In this document: one piece after another, positions 47,985-57,504 of the stretch
Numbering within the stretch: the stretch's first letter is position 1
Layout of the letters: each line of letters opens with the position of its first letter
DNA from: Bacillota bacterium
Lineage (GTDB): Bacteria > Bacillota > Clostridia > Acetivibrionales > DSM-1351
Assembly (NCBI GenBank): GCA_023416275.1
Contig: JAEZIB010000155.1
Coordinates: 7,260-71,259 of the forward strand
DNA: 64,000 bases
Direction of reading: 5' to 3'
Notes under the pieces: generated by a model
Told to the model about the DNA's origin: nothing
The model's database searches: none
The model's input: only the letters and a program-made list of their open reading frames with translations
Program-made: the position numbers and the translations under genes

Positions 47985-48016
47985 CCTAACCTCCCACACC
48001 TATTAATGTAAAAATA
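47985..48016 (-). repeat. family-A hairpin+SD leader module (diverged)
   Basis: Coding strand reads TTTTTACATTAATAGGTGTGGGAGGTTAGG-ATG. Confidence 0.6.
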
Positions 48017-48020
48017 ATTT

Positions 48021-48163
48021 ACTCAACTTTCCCACATAAAAAATCTATCAGTGTTCAAACTTATCAATGGTTTGTTACTGAAATAGTTGCACATCCGGCA
48101 AGCTTTTTTACCAATTAATTCATGCAATTGTTTCTAACCCATCTTTCCTGTGATAAGTTGAAC
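48021..48163. repeat. family-B MITE-like element (143 bp) lying between the SD module and the palindromic unit of a family-A element
   Basis: ACTCAACTTTCCCACATAAAAAATCTATCAGTGTTCAAACTTATCAATGGTTTGTTAC ... CTGTGATAAGTTGAA. Confidence 0.7.
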
Positions 48164-48306
48164 ACCTCCCTACTCAAAAAAATGTTTGCACAAACGTTTT
48201 TGATCTATACGTCCTTACACTGCCAAAAAGCCGCTAATTACTTTCTTACAAAAACACAGTGTAGAATTAGCTGCACATATATAAAAATGCACAAATGGCC
48301 TTTTAA

Positions 48307-48348
48307 GCTCGAAATAGCACTATGTTTGCACCAACTACTCTTTCGAGC
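48307..48348 (-). repeat. family-A palindromic unit
   Basis: GCTCGAAATAGCACTATGTTTGCACCAACTACTCTTTCGAGC. It supplies the last codons and stop of the upstream ORF. Confidence 0.7.
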
Positions 48349-48595
48349 TAGTTTGCTCTTCCAACATATCCAAATACAATATTGCCTCACTTTGAGAATA
48401 ACCGCACATTTCTTCAGATGGCATTAAAGCTGCACATACTTTTGGTCTTTCAGTCTTACCAAAAAGCTTACATCTATTTTGATCAGAAAGCTGAATGCAC
48501 CTTACTCCAGCAGGTTTACCATTTGGCATTCCTGGAATAGCTGATGATATTGATGGTGAAATGCAACAAGCACCACAGTTATCTCTACAGTCCAT
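48335..48595 (-). CDS. YkgJ-family Cys-cluster protein (CxxCxxCC)
   Basis: DNCGACC motif plus further Cys residues, 86 aa. The C-terminal 4-5 codons derive from the repeat unit. Confidence 0.6.
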   Translation of the reverse strand: MDCRDNCGACCISPSISSAIPGMPNGKPAGVRCIQLSDQNRCKLFGKTERPKVCAALMPSEEMCGYSQSEAILYLDMLEEQTSSKE

Positions 48596-48621
48596 TCTTT
48601 ACACCTCACTATGCGAAATAA

Positions 48622-49089
48622 TTATTCCCAGCTTTTAAAAGGATTTTCTACAAGATTTGAATTAAAATATCTTATGTCAGATGTTATCTCATTTCCTACC
48701 CAATCAGGCTTTGCAAATGTCTGATGCTCGTTCTCCAACTCTATCTCAGCTGTAACAAGACCTTCATTTACACCTAGAAATTCATCAACAACCCATTTAC
48801 AACCCTCATATGTCAAGAAATATCTGAACTTTTCTATAATAGGTCGAATACATAGCTTGTCAAGCATTCTTTCAGCATCCTGCATAGGAATGCTATATTC
48901 ATACTCTTCTCTACTGCAAGACTTAGTTTTACCTTTTATTGTCAAAAAGCCTTGTCCATTGAAACTTCTGACTCTAACTGTTCTTTCAAAATCAACACTT
49001 AAATATCCCTGTTTAAATAAAGCTTTACTACCAGTACTTTTATATTTATCACTTAAAACAAGAAATTTTTTCTCTATTTCTGTAGCCAT
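48622..49089 (-). CDS. CYTH-domain protein (triphosphate tunnel metalloenzyme)
   Basis: N-terminal EIEKKFLV (ExExK) motif. Start moved to MATEIEKK (ATG 49089, AGGAG N7). Confidence 0.8.
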   Translation of the reverse strand: MATEIEKKFLVLSDKYKSTGSKALFKQGYLSVDFERTVRVRSFNGQGFLTIKGKTKSCSREEYEYSIPMQDAERMLDKLCIRPIIEKFRYFLTYEGCKWVVDEFLGVNEGLVTAEIELENEHQTFAKPDWVGNEITSDIRYFNSNLVENPFKSWE

Positions 49090-49251
49090 TTTTTGTCTCC
49101 TATAATTACTAATATAATTATATCTCATAAAGTTATATTTATACAATATCCTATTATCATAGCAAGTTGGTTCAAAAAGAACAGCCTATTTCTAAGCATG
49201 CAAAACTTCCTATCGCACAGAAAAAGCCCGGTTAGAAAACCGAGCTCTTTC

Positions 49252-49695
49252 TTATACTAATAATTTTTTAACTATTTGATTTACCAGTTTACCGTCGGCT
49301 TTACCTTTAGTCTCAAGCAAAACCACCTGCATAACCTTTCCGATATCCTTAGCAGAAAGAGCTCCTGTTGAAGAAATAGCGTTCTTTACAATTCCTTCAA
49401 TTTCCTCTTCACTCAATTGCTGCGGTAAATACTTTTTTAACACTTCAATTTCAGCTTTTAGATTATCTATAAGATCCTGTCTACCACTTTTTTCAAAGTC
49501 AGGTAAAGTATCAACTCTCTTTTTAACTTCTTTGGCAATAATCTCAACTATAGCATCATCGTCTAGGGTGACCTTCGTGTCTTTTTCAACCTGAAGCACT
49601 GCCGACCTCGCCACTTGAATAGCTGTTTTTGAAGCTGTATTGCCATCCTTCATGGCTACTTTTAAATCCTGAACTAACAAAGCTTTTAATGACAT
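49252..49695 (-). CDS. GatB/YqeY domain protein
   Basis: 147 aa with a typical YqeY sequence (LKALLVQDLKVAMKDG...). It sits next to rpsU, as in many Firmicutes. Confidence 0.85.
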   Translation of the reverse strand: MSLKALLVQDLKVAMKDGNTASKTAIQVARSAVLQVEKDTKVTLDDDAIVEIIAKEVKKRVDTLPDFEKSGRQDLIDNLKAEIEVLKKYLPQQLSEEEIEGIVKNAISSTGALSAKDIGKVMQVVLLETKGKADGKLVNQIVKKLLV

Positions 49696-49731
49696 AACAA
49701 ATATCTCCTGTAAACTACTATTGTCACAGTT

Positions 49732-49908
49732 TTATTTGAATTTTCTTTTTCTTGCAGCTTCAGATTTCTTTTTTCTCTTAACACTAGGCTTCTCGTAATG
49801 CTCTCTCTTTCTAACCTCAGCTAAAACACCTGACTTAGCACAAGATCTTTTAAACCTTTTGAGAGCACTATCCAAAGACTCATTCTCTTTAACTCTTACT
49901 TCAGACAC
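49732..49908 (-). CDS. rpsU: 30S ribosomal protein S21
   Basis: Not in the ORF track because it is only 58 aa. GTG start after GGAGGGAGGG. Translation is [58 protein letters not shown]. Confidence 0.9.
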   Translation of the reverse strand: MSEVRVKENESLDSALKRFKRSCAKSGVLAEVRKREHYEKPSVKRKKKSEAARKRKFK

Positions 49909-50074
49909 AAAATTTCCCTCCCTCCGATAATAGCAATTGTGCCGGGAAAATAGCCGTAGTATGTTAACAACATACTATAGGGAATTATGCTAATTACAGC
50001 ACACAGTATATTATATATTAATTTTCAAAATTGTGTCAACCTTTATTTATAAAACACAAATAATAATAGTTAAT

Positions 50075-50419
50075 TTAAAGTATTTTAGTTCCCAGTTCTC
50101 TTCCACCAACAATATGATAATGTATATGAAAAACCGTTTGACCAGAGTCCTGACCACAGTTATTAATAAGTCTATAGCCACTTTCAGCAATTCCTAACTT
50201 TTTTACTATTTCATTTACAGCCAAATGAATATCCTTCATAACATCAACATTCTCAACAGTTAATTCATTATGAGAAGCAATATGTTGTTTTGGTACAATC
50301 AGAACATGTACAGGGGCTTCAGGTTCAATATCTAAAAACGCATAAACTTTTTCAGTTTCATAAACAGGCGTTGAAGGTATTTCCCTGTTAACTATTTTGC
50401 AAAAAAGGCAATCATTCAT
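50075..50419 (-). CDS. HIT-family (histidine triad) protein
   Basis: HIHYHIV histidine-triad motif, 114 aa. Confidence 0.88.
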   Translation of the reverse strand: MNDCLFCKIVNREIPSTPVYETEKVYAFLDIEPEAPVHVLIVPKQHIASHNELTVENVDVMKDIHLAVNEIVKKLGIAESGYRLINNCGQDSGQTVFHIHYHIVGGRELGTKIL

Positions 50420-50728
50420 TACTTTTCCTCCCTCATTATAGAAAAAACAAATTATTTTAAAAGCTCAAAAGCTTTAATAACTATGTACTAAATTTTTATT
50501 ATATAGAGCTTACTAATTTGTTATGTATATTATTACCTAAAATACTTTCAAATTATCATCAAATCAATAATACCATCATTTAATTTGCTTTTCAATTATA
50601 GAAATTGTTGCTTTTTCTTTTGTTTGAACATCTGTATAAATTTAAAAATCTTATGCTCTTACAAATATCTTTTGCAAAATTTCATGTTTTCCATATTATT
50701 TCCACAAATAAAATGAATACAAATAATC

Positions 50729-50782
50729 CATTCTTAGTAAATTAATAAAGAGTTTATATTATTTATTAATTTACTAAGAATG
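50729..50782. promoter_or_regulatory. perfect 21-bp inverted repeat upstream of argJ
   Basis: CATTCTTAGTAAATTAATAAA-12 nt-TTTATTAATTTACTAAGAATG, about 190 nt upstream of the argJ ATG. Confidence 0.3.
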
Positions 50783-50972
50783 TTTACCAAAATTTAGTAT
50801 TTTAGCACATTTATTATATTGAATAATTAATTTTATGTATAATTATACATATATAATGTCAAATATAATTGATTCATTTAGTAAATTTATGTATAATCTA
50901 CTTACAAATATAGCTTTTAATAACAATATAATAAATTCAATAAGGTTAAATTATAACCTATGGAGGTTAATC

Positions 50973-52175
50973 ATGAATATTATAGAAGGCGGAGTTACAG
51001 CTCCTAAAGGATTTAAAGCTGCTGGCGTAGCTTGCGGAATTAAAAAAAATAATAAAAAAGATTTGGCAATTGTTTGTTCTGAAGATACGGCAGTTGCTTC
51101 TGGTGTATTCACTACAAATATCGTAAAAGGACATTCCCTTCAGGTATCAATGGAGCATATAAAAAATGGGTTTGCAAGAGCTATAGTCATTAACAGTGGC
51201 AATGCTAATGCCTGTGTTGGAGAAAGCGGCTATAACGATGCCAAGGACATGACTAAATTAACTGCTGAACTCTTGCATTGTGAGCCTGAAGACATTCTTG
51301 TTAATTCAACTGGTGTTATTGGTTCAAAGCTAAATATGCCAAATATTCGCTCAGGAATAAGATCTGCTATCAATGCACTTAGCATTGATGGAAGCTCAGA
51401 TGCTGAAGAAGCAATTATGACAACAGATTTAATGCCCAAGGAAATTGCAGTTGAAATAGAAATACAGGGCGAAAAAGTTCGTATTGGCGGTATATCAAAA
51501 GGCTCTGGAATGATTCATCCAAATATGGCTACTATGATTGGGATAATTACTACTGATGCTAATATATCAAGAAGTTTGCTTGATAAAGCCCTAAAGCACT
51601 GTGTAAAGACAACATTTAACAGAGTTTCTGTTGATGGAGATACCAGTGTTTGCGATTCAGTTTTTGTATTGGCAAATGGTTTTGCAGATAACGATGCTAT
51701 TGTAAAGGATGATTATGAATATTCAGTATTCGTTGATGCTCTTATGTATGTTTGTACTTATCTTGCAAAATTAATGGCCAAGGATGGCGAAGGTGCTACT
51801 AAGCTTATCGAAGTTATTGTTGACGGAGCATTAGACGAAACTGATGCATATAAAGCAGTATGTGCAGTTGCAAAGTCGCCACTGGTTAAAACTGCAATAT
51901 TCGGAGAAGATGCAAACTGGGGCAGAATTATTACTGCTGTAGGATATTCAGGTGCTTCCTTTGACCCAAATCTAACCGATATTCATATAGGTGACCTTCT
52001 AGTTTGCAGAAATGGCTGTGCAGTTAATTTTGATGAAAATACAGCTAAAGAATTGCTAAAGAAAAAGGAAATTGTTATTAGGATTAATTTGAAAAAGGGC
52101 AATGCCTCTGATAGAATTTGGACATGTGATTTATCCTATGATTATGTAAAAATTAATGGAAGCTACAGAAGCTAA
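50973..52175 (+). CDS. argJ: bifunctional ornithine acetyltransferase / N-acetylglutamate synthase ArgJ
   Basis: Autoprocessing site PNMATMIGIITTDA. Start moved to MNIIEGGVTAPKGF (ATG 50973, GGAGG N7). The 46 upstream codons are AT-rich read-through. Confidence 0.93.
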   Translation: MNIIEGGVTAPKGFKAAGVACGIKKNNKKDLAIVCSEDTAVASGVFTTNIVKGHSLQVSMEHIKNGFARAIVINSGNANACVGESGYNDAKDMTKLTAELLHCEPEDILVNSTGVIGSKLNMPNIRSGIRSAINALSIDGSSDAEEAIMTTDLMPKEIAVEIEIQGEKVRIGGISKGSGMIHPNMATMIGIITTDANISRSLLDKALKHCVKTTFNRVSVDGDTSVCDSVFVLANGFADNDAIVKDDYEYSVFVDALMYVCTYLAKLMAKDGEGATKLIEVIVDGALDETDAYKAVCAVAKSPLVKTAIFGEDANWGRIITAVGYSGASFDPNLTDIHIGDLLVCRNGCAVNFDENTAKELLKKKEIVIRINLKKGNASDRIWTCDLSYDYVKINGSYRS

Positions 52176-52227
52176 TTCTAGCTTCAAAAGCCAAACAGAT
52201 ATCCCCTACAATAAACTAAAGTTATTC

Positions 52228-52270
52228 CAATCGGCTTTATAGGCAGTTTTTTAAGGCCGATTGTTTTTTT
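52228..52270 (+). terminator. intrinsic terminator after argJ
   Basis: Stem CAATCGGCTTT...AAGGCCGATTG followed by T7. Confidence 0.55.
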
Positions 52271-52554
52271 AGCATAATCCTTTGCAGCGTTTCACCTCCA
52301 CTTTTTAAGCTAACCTTCATTTCGCTTATAGCCAGCGCGACAAAAATAGTATTTATTATTTTTTTTGCTGACAAAGACTTTGAATAGTAACATGATTAAT
52401 TACAAATACTATATTTTAAATAAACTGACAAAATTCACTTACATATACCAATTTTATAAGAATTAAAAAATAATTTGCCGATTTTTTCTTATACTGATAT
52501 AATAAATCTTAAGGGTATATTTTATCTATAGTTACTACTTAGGGGGTATTGCTT

Positions 52555-52971
52555 ATGTCTACACAATTAGTTCTATTTAAAGTTAATAACGAAGTATTTG
52601 CCATTAATATTAATAGTGTAAATATTATTGAGAAAATTAGTGATATTTACAAGGTGCCTGATACTCCGGAATATATTGAGGGACTAATTAATCTCAGGGG
52701 CAAGGTTCATACGGTTTTTAACGTGAGGAAAAAATTTGGTTATCCGCCAATTGAGTTTGATGAAAGTACTCGTATTATTATATTGAATCACCAATCGGTT
52801 GTTGGATTGCTAGTTGATGAAGTATGCGAAATAATTGGTTATGAAGAGTCAGATATTAAACCTGCGCCACAGCTTATTTCCGGTTTATCTGGTAAGTTCT
52901 TTAGTGGTGTTGCTGAAAAAGATGGTAAAATTGTACTTATTTTGGATTTAGAAAAATTACTCGAGAAATAA
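52555..52971 (+). CDS. cheW: chemotaxis coupling protein CheW (isolated copy)
   Basis: 138 aa with a CheW-like domain (EVFAININSV..IEGLINLRGKV..VGLLVDEV). Start at the third codon (ATG) after AGGGGG. Confidence 0.88.
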   Translation: MSTQLVLFKVNNEVFAININSVNIIEKISDIYKVPDTPEYIEGLINLRGKVHTVFNVRKKFGYPPIEFDESTRIIILNHQSVVGLLVDEVCEIIGYEESDIKPAPQLISGLSGKFFSGVAEKDGKIVLILDLEKLLEK

Positions 52972-53224
52972 AATTTATATTGTGCTACTTAAAACTGATA
53001 AGTCTGCCAAAAATTTTAAGCTTTACACTCCTTTTATATGGCACTCATACCAGTTCGGTAGCACTTTTTTGTATTATAATTTAACAAAAAATTAAATAAC
53101 ATATATAAACTAATTTAATTAATTTATATATGTTATATCTATTTTTCCACTATATTTAAAAACCAATCATTAAATGCTCAGTTTGAATTCGTTAAAATAA
53201 TAATTAATTGCCGTTATAGAGCTT

Positions 53225-54079
53225 CTATTCCATTGATTTTTGGTACTTATTTCTTAACAATATAGCTAATGCATTTGTAGTTAAGAGTATTCCTAAAAGC
53301 ACTATAATTCCAGCTGCAGCAAGATCCTTGAATTCTTGCTTAGGAAGTCCCATCCAATAATAAATTTGAAGAGGTAGTGCCGTAAATACAGATGAAATCC
53401 CATCTGGAACCTTTGATATATATGTTGCAGCACCTACAATTAGCAATGGTGCGCTCTCTCCTAAAGCTCTTGATACTGACAAAATTACACCAGTAAATAT
53501 ACCAGGCATAGCTGCAGGAACTACTATTTTTCTAATAGTTTGCCATTTTGTAGCGCCCAGTGCATAGGAGCCATGCCTCAAATACTGTGGAACTGCTTTT
53601 ATTGCTTCTTGCGATGAGACAATTACTATTGGTAATACAACTAAGGTCATTGTTAATGCACCTGATAGCACACTCTTTCCAAAACCTAAAGTTCTTACGA
53701 AAATAGCTAAACCCAGCAAACCATATACAATTGATGGCGTACCAGAGAGATTTGAAACATTTATTTTAATAAACTTTGTTACCCAGTTATTCTTAGCATA
53801 TTCTTCTAGATATACTGCTGTTCCAAGCCCTATTGGCACAGCAAAAACTATCGTCAATGCTATAATCCATACACTGCCCATTATACCAGGTAATATTCCA
53901 GCTTTATTTGGAAATCTTGATGGAAAGTTTGTAAAAAAGTGTTTTGACAGATAGGGTATCCCTCTGATTACTATATCAATCAGCAAAACAGCCAATACAA
54001 CTATTCCAATTAATGTTACACAAAATATTACTCCATGAAAAATGGAATTTTTCATTTTTCTATATTTTATATTATTCAT
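53225..54079 (-). CDS. pstA: phosphate ABC transporter permease PstA
   Basis: 6 TM segments and the EAA-type loop SRALGESAPLL typical of PstA. Confidence 0.9.
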   Translation of the reverse strand: MNNIKYRKMKNSIFHGVIFCVTLIGIVVLAVLLIDIVIRGIPYLSKHFFTNFPSRFPNKAGILPGIMGSVWIIALTIVFAVPIGLGTAVYLEEYAKNNWVTKFIKINVSNLSGTPSIVYGLLGLAIFVRTLGFGKSVLSGALTMTLVVLPIVIVSSQEAIKAVPQYLRHGSYALGATKWQTIRKIVVPAAMPGIFTGVILSVSRALGESAPLLIVGAATYISKVPDGISSVFTALPLQIYYWMGLPKQEFKDLAAAGIIVLLGILLTTNALAILLRNKYQKSME

Positions 54080-54178
54080 TCATCCACCTACTTGTCTAAA
54101 TTTATTAAGGGTTATCTCTTCAAAAAGCTCTTCGCGCTAATCAATTTCTAGCTCGTTACCTTGCATTTTTGTTTCTAT

Positions 54179-54302
54179 AAGTCAATTACTATCGACTAAA
54201 GCCCCCTAAAGTCAGAAAACAAATTCAAATCCAAACTGCATTCAAAATCTGCTTAAAAGCTTAATTCGCCTGATAGTCGAAGGTTTAACCCGTAATTGAC
54301 TT
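54179..54302. repeat. family-C inverted-repeat element (124 bp) in the pstC-pstA spacer
   Basis: Termini AAGTCAATTAC ... GTAATTGACTT. Related to the copy at 55310-55414. Confidence 0.6.
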
Positions 54303-54311
54303 TAGTCACTT

Positions 54312-54354
54312 ACGCAACTTTCCAACACAAAAAATCTTTCGGTACTCAAACCTA
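54312..54354. repeat. family-B element, left half only
   Basis: ACGCAACTTTCCAACACAAAAAATCTTTCGGTACTCAAACCTATTAAT, abutting the pstC stop. Confidence 0.5.
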
Positions 54355-55290
54355 TTAATATTCCTTCCTATACTTATCTACTATTCTGTTAGAAAGAATA
54401 TTGAGTCCTAATGTTATTAAAAACAGCAATAAACCTACTGCAAACAGAGAATAATACCCAACTGTTCCATGAGGATTGTCCCCCTGACTTGCCTGCACAA
54501 TAAAAGATGTCATTGTCTGTACACTTTGCAGTGGATTTAGCGTCAAATTAGGCCTTGCACCTGCTGCAATAGTAACTATCATGGTTTCTCCTATTGCTCT
54601 AGATATTGCAAGTACAAACGAAGCTGCTATCCCTGAAATAGCTGCTGGAACAACCACCTTCATTGATGTTTCCATTTTAGTGGAGCCTAAAGCTAAAGCA
54701 CCCTGTCTTAGACTGTCCGGAACTGCTCGCATTGCATCCTCGCTCAATGATGAGACTAGTGGAATTATCATGATACCTACAGCAATTCCTGCACTTAATG
54801 CATTAAAAACTTCCGTTTGAGGTATGAAAAACTGTAAAACAGGAGTTATTGTTGTTAAAGCAAAATATCCAAATACTATAGATGGAATACCTGCAAGCAC
54901 CTCTAATATTGGCTTTACAATCTTTCTAACCCTTTTGTTTGCATACTCACTTAGATAAATAGCAGTAAATAATCCAATTGGTATTGCAATTAAAGCAGCA
55001 ATAAAAGTAATTAATAGAGTACCACATATTAACGGTAAAACACCAAAGCTAGGTTCACTAAATAGCGGAGTCCATTCCTTTCCAAAAAGGAAATCTGTTA
55101 TAGAAATCTCAGAAAAGAATCCGACAGAATCCTTAAGTAAGGATACTATTATGCCAATTGTTGTTAAAATTGTGATAATAGCAAATAGAAATAATATATT
55201 TTTTGCAATAACATTTGAAAGCTTCATTCTCTTAATTCTGTTCCTGTTTGCTGCTTTTAAACTTTGTAAAGCTTCAGTAGTATCTGTCAT
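54355..55290 (-). CDS. pstC: phosphate ABC transporter permease PstC
   Basis: 311 aa, 6 TM segments and the loop SRAIGETMIV typical of PstC. Confidence 0.9.
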   Translation of the reverse strand: MTDTTEALQSLKAANRNRIKRMKLSNVIAKNILFLFAIITILTTIGIIVSLLKDSVGFFSEISITDFLFGKEWTPLFSEPSFGVLPLICGTLLITFIAALIAIPIGLFTAIYLSEYANKRVRKIVKPILEVLAGIPSIVFGYFALTTITPVLQFFIPQTEVFNALSAGIAVGIMIIPLVSSLSEDAMRAVPDSLRQGALALGSTKMETSMKVVVPAAISGIAASFVLAISRAIGETMIVTIAAGARPNLTLNPLQSVQTMTSFIVQASQGDNPHGTVGYYSLFAVGLLLFLITLGLNILSNRIVDKYRKEY

Positions 55291-55309
55291 TTTTTAGACC
55301 TCCTTTTAA

Positions 55310-55414
55310 AATCAATTACTATCAACCCATTATTTATGAGATGTTAATCTACCATCAACTCGCAGCCAGCAAAAATAATGTTTATCATTTTCAGCTCACA
55401 TAGTAATTGACGTT
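55310..55414. repeat. family-C inverted-repeat element in the pstC 5' untranslated region
   Basis: Perfect 10-bp termini TCAATTACTA (55312-21) and TAGTAATTGA (55401-10). Confidence 0.6.
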
Positions 55415-55457
55415 AGTAATATTATCATTATTGTATTAAATCTAAAAGTAAACTGCT

Positions 55458-55497
55458 GTTAATCATTTGTTAATATATTGTTAAATTAAGTGTTAAA
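55458..55497 (-). promoter_or_regulatory. Pho box array (four TTAACA repeats, 11-12 bp period) upstream of pstC
   Basis: Plus strand carries TGTTAA at 55458, 55469, 55480 and 55492, which is TTAACA on the pstC strand. This matches the Bacillus PhoP TT(A/T/C)ACA direct-repeat architecture. Confidence 0.6.
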
Positions 55498-55499
55498 AA

Positions 55500-55600
55500 T
55501 CAACTTTCACACATAAAGTCTTTCTGCACGAGAGAATTAACTAATGGTTTGTTGCCAATATAATTGTATAAAATTAGTAACTACTAGGAACTAGCAATTA
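55500..55600. repeat. family-B element (right end unclear)
   Basis: ATCAACTTTCACACATAAAGTCTTTCTGCACGAGAGAATTAACTAATGGTTTGTTGCCAATATAATTG. Confidence 0.5.
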
Positions 55601-55939
55601 TTCATTCTCAGAGTTTTTCACGTTAGATGGCTATATTAATTTGAATAACATATATGTCTTATAGTTACAAGCTCTTATCAGACCAGTTTAAAATCAGCTT
55701 GCAAAAACAATAATTTTTATTTTCAAATTTAAGCTTTTTAAAGCTTTTTGAATTAGCTATTTGCCAATGTTAATTTATCATTTATATGCAAATTAAAATC
55801 TATATAAATTTAATTTTCTTGTACTTCAGCCCTATTATATTTTGCTTTTTATTTTATGTTGTATTCACAATTAAATTCTCTGTTTTTTATACTAAAAACT
55901 CTAATTATGCTAATAATAAATCTAGATATATTTATACTA

Positions 55940-55978
55940 TTAACACTAAGTTAACATAGAATTAAACCTACATTAAAA
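55940..55978 (+). promoter_or_regulatory. Pho box array (TTAACA, TTAACA, TTAAAC, TTAAAA at an 11-bp period) upstream of pstB
   Basis: Repeats at 55940, 55951, 55962 and 55973, followed by TATACT. The pstB ATG is at 56033. Confidence 0.6.
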
Positions 55979-56032
55979 CTATACTGATATTATTGAATTA
56001 ATAAAAAATTCATTAGATAAAGGAATAAATTT

Positions 56033-56791
56033 ATGACAAATGATTATACAATAATAACGAAAAATTTAGATCTCTTTTATGGAGATTTTCAAGCCCTTAA
56101 GAGTGTTTCGATAGATATTCCCAGTAAACAAGTAACTGCCTTTATTGGCCCATCTGGCTGCGGAAAATCAACATTTTTAAAAACACTTAATAGGATGAAT
56201 GATCTTATTACTAATGTAAAAATTACAGGAGATGTTTTTTTTGATGGTTTGAATGTATATAAGGAATATGATATAGTTGAATTAAGAAAAAATATTGGTA
56301 TGGTATTTCAAAAGCCCAATCCATTCCCAATGAGTATTTATGATAATATTGCTTATGGCCCACGGATTCATGGTATAAAATCAAAAGCAAAGTTAGATGA
56401 CATTGTGGAAGAAAGCCTTAGAAATAGTGCTCTTTGGGACGAAGTAAAGGATAGGCTAAAGCAAAACGCATTAGGTTTATCAGGTGGACAACAGCAAAGG
56501 TTATGTATAGCAAGAGTTTTGGCTGTTGAACCAGAAGTAGTTTTAATGGATGAACCCACCTCTGCATTAGACCCTATTTCAACAATTAAGATAGAGGATT
56601 TGATTGAAGAACTAAAGCAGAACTATACAATAATAATAGTTACTCATAACATGCAGCAAGCAGCTAGAATATCAGACATGACGGCTTTTTTCCTTCACGG
56701 GGAAATAGTTGAATTTGGAAATACAAATCAATTATTTAGTAATCCTAAAGATAAAAGGACAGAAGATTATATTACAGGAAGATTTGGTTAA
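56033..56791 (+). CDS. pstB: phosphate ABC transporter ATP-binding protein PstB
   Basis: Walker [10 protein letters not shown], signature LSGGQQQR, Walker B VVLMDEP and PstB-type termini. Confidence 0.95.
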   Translation: MTNDYTIITKNLDLFYGDFQALKSVSIDIPSKQVTAFIGPSGCGKSTFLKTLNRMNDLITNVKITGDVFFDGLNVYKEYDIVELRKNIGMVFQKPNPFPMSIYDNIAYGPRIHGIKSKAKLDDIVEESLRNSALWDEVKDRLKQNALGLSGGQQQRLCIARVLAVEPEVVLMDEPTSALDPISTIKIEDLIEELKQNYTIIIVTHNMQQAARISDMTAFFLHGEIVEFGNTNQLFSNPKDKRTEDYITGRFG

Positions 56792-56805
56792 GAGGTGACA
56801 TTATA

Positions 56806-57504
56806 ATGGTTAGAAATTCATTTGATAAAGAACTTGAGAATCTACAAAATTTAATGGTAAAAATGGCAGGCTTGGTGGAAGAATCCATCGAAAACTGTAT
56901 AATTGCATTAAGTAAACAAGATGTTGAGTTAGCAAAGCAGGTTTTTGAGAATGACGACATAATTGATGATTTGGAAAACAGAATTGAAAAATTATGTCTT
57001 AACTTAATAGCAAGACAGCAGCCCTTAGCAAAGGACTTACGCACCATAAGTACTTCTCTGAAAATTATTACTGATTTAGAACGTATTGCAGATCAAGCTG
57101 CTGATATATCTGAATTAACAATTAGAATGGCTAAAACTAAATATATCCAAGAACTCCCTGATATACCTATTATGGCAGAGCTTGCAAAGAAGATGGTATC
57201 TAAGGCTATTGAGTGTTATACAAAGCAGGATACTAATCTAGCAAAAGAGGTTTGTGACAGTGATGATGAAGTTGATGATATGTTTTCAAAGATTGTTTTA
57301 GAACTTATCAATGCTATTAAAAATAGTCCCGAAACAACAGAGCAAGCTACTGATTTTATGTTTGTTGTTAAATATTTAGAACGTATAGGTGACCATGCTA
57401 CAAATATCGCTGAATGGGTTGTTTACAATGTAACAGGTTCACACGAGCATTTGGCAAGAACTAATGAACATAATCATTTTGAATTTGGGGGTCAGAATGT
57501 CTAA
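56806..57504 (+). CDS. phoU: phosphate signalling protein PhoU
   Basis: Two PhoU repeats (E..D...D motifs: DLERIADQAADI and YLERIGDHATNI). Confidence 0.92.
   Translation: MVRNSFDKELENLQNLMVKMAGLVEESIENCIIALSKQDVELAKQVFENDDIIDDLENRIEKLCLNLIARQQPLAKDLRTISTSLKIITDLERIADQAADISELTIRMAKTKYIQELPDIPIMAELAKKMVSKAIECYTKQDTNLAKEVCDSDDEVDDMFSKIVLELINAIKNSPETTEQATDFMFVVKYLERIGDHATNIAEWVVYNVTGSHEHLARTNEHNHFEFGGQNV

Noticed and set aside
53098-53134. 12-bp perfect AT-only palindrome (AACATATATAAA-N13-TTTATATATGTT) between the convergent cheW and pstA genes.
   Set aside because: The stem is pure A/T and thermodynamically weak, which is common in AT-rich spacers. It may help termination, but there is not enough evidence to call it a feature.
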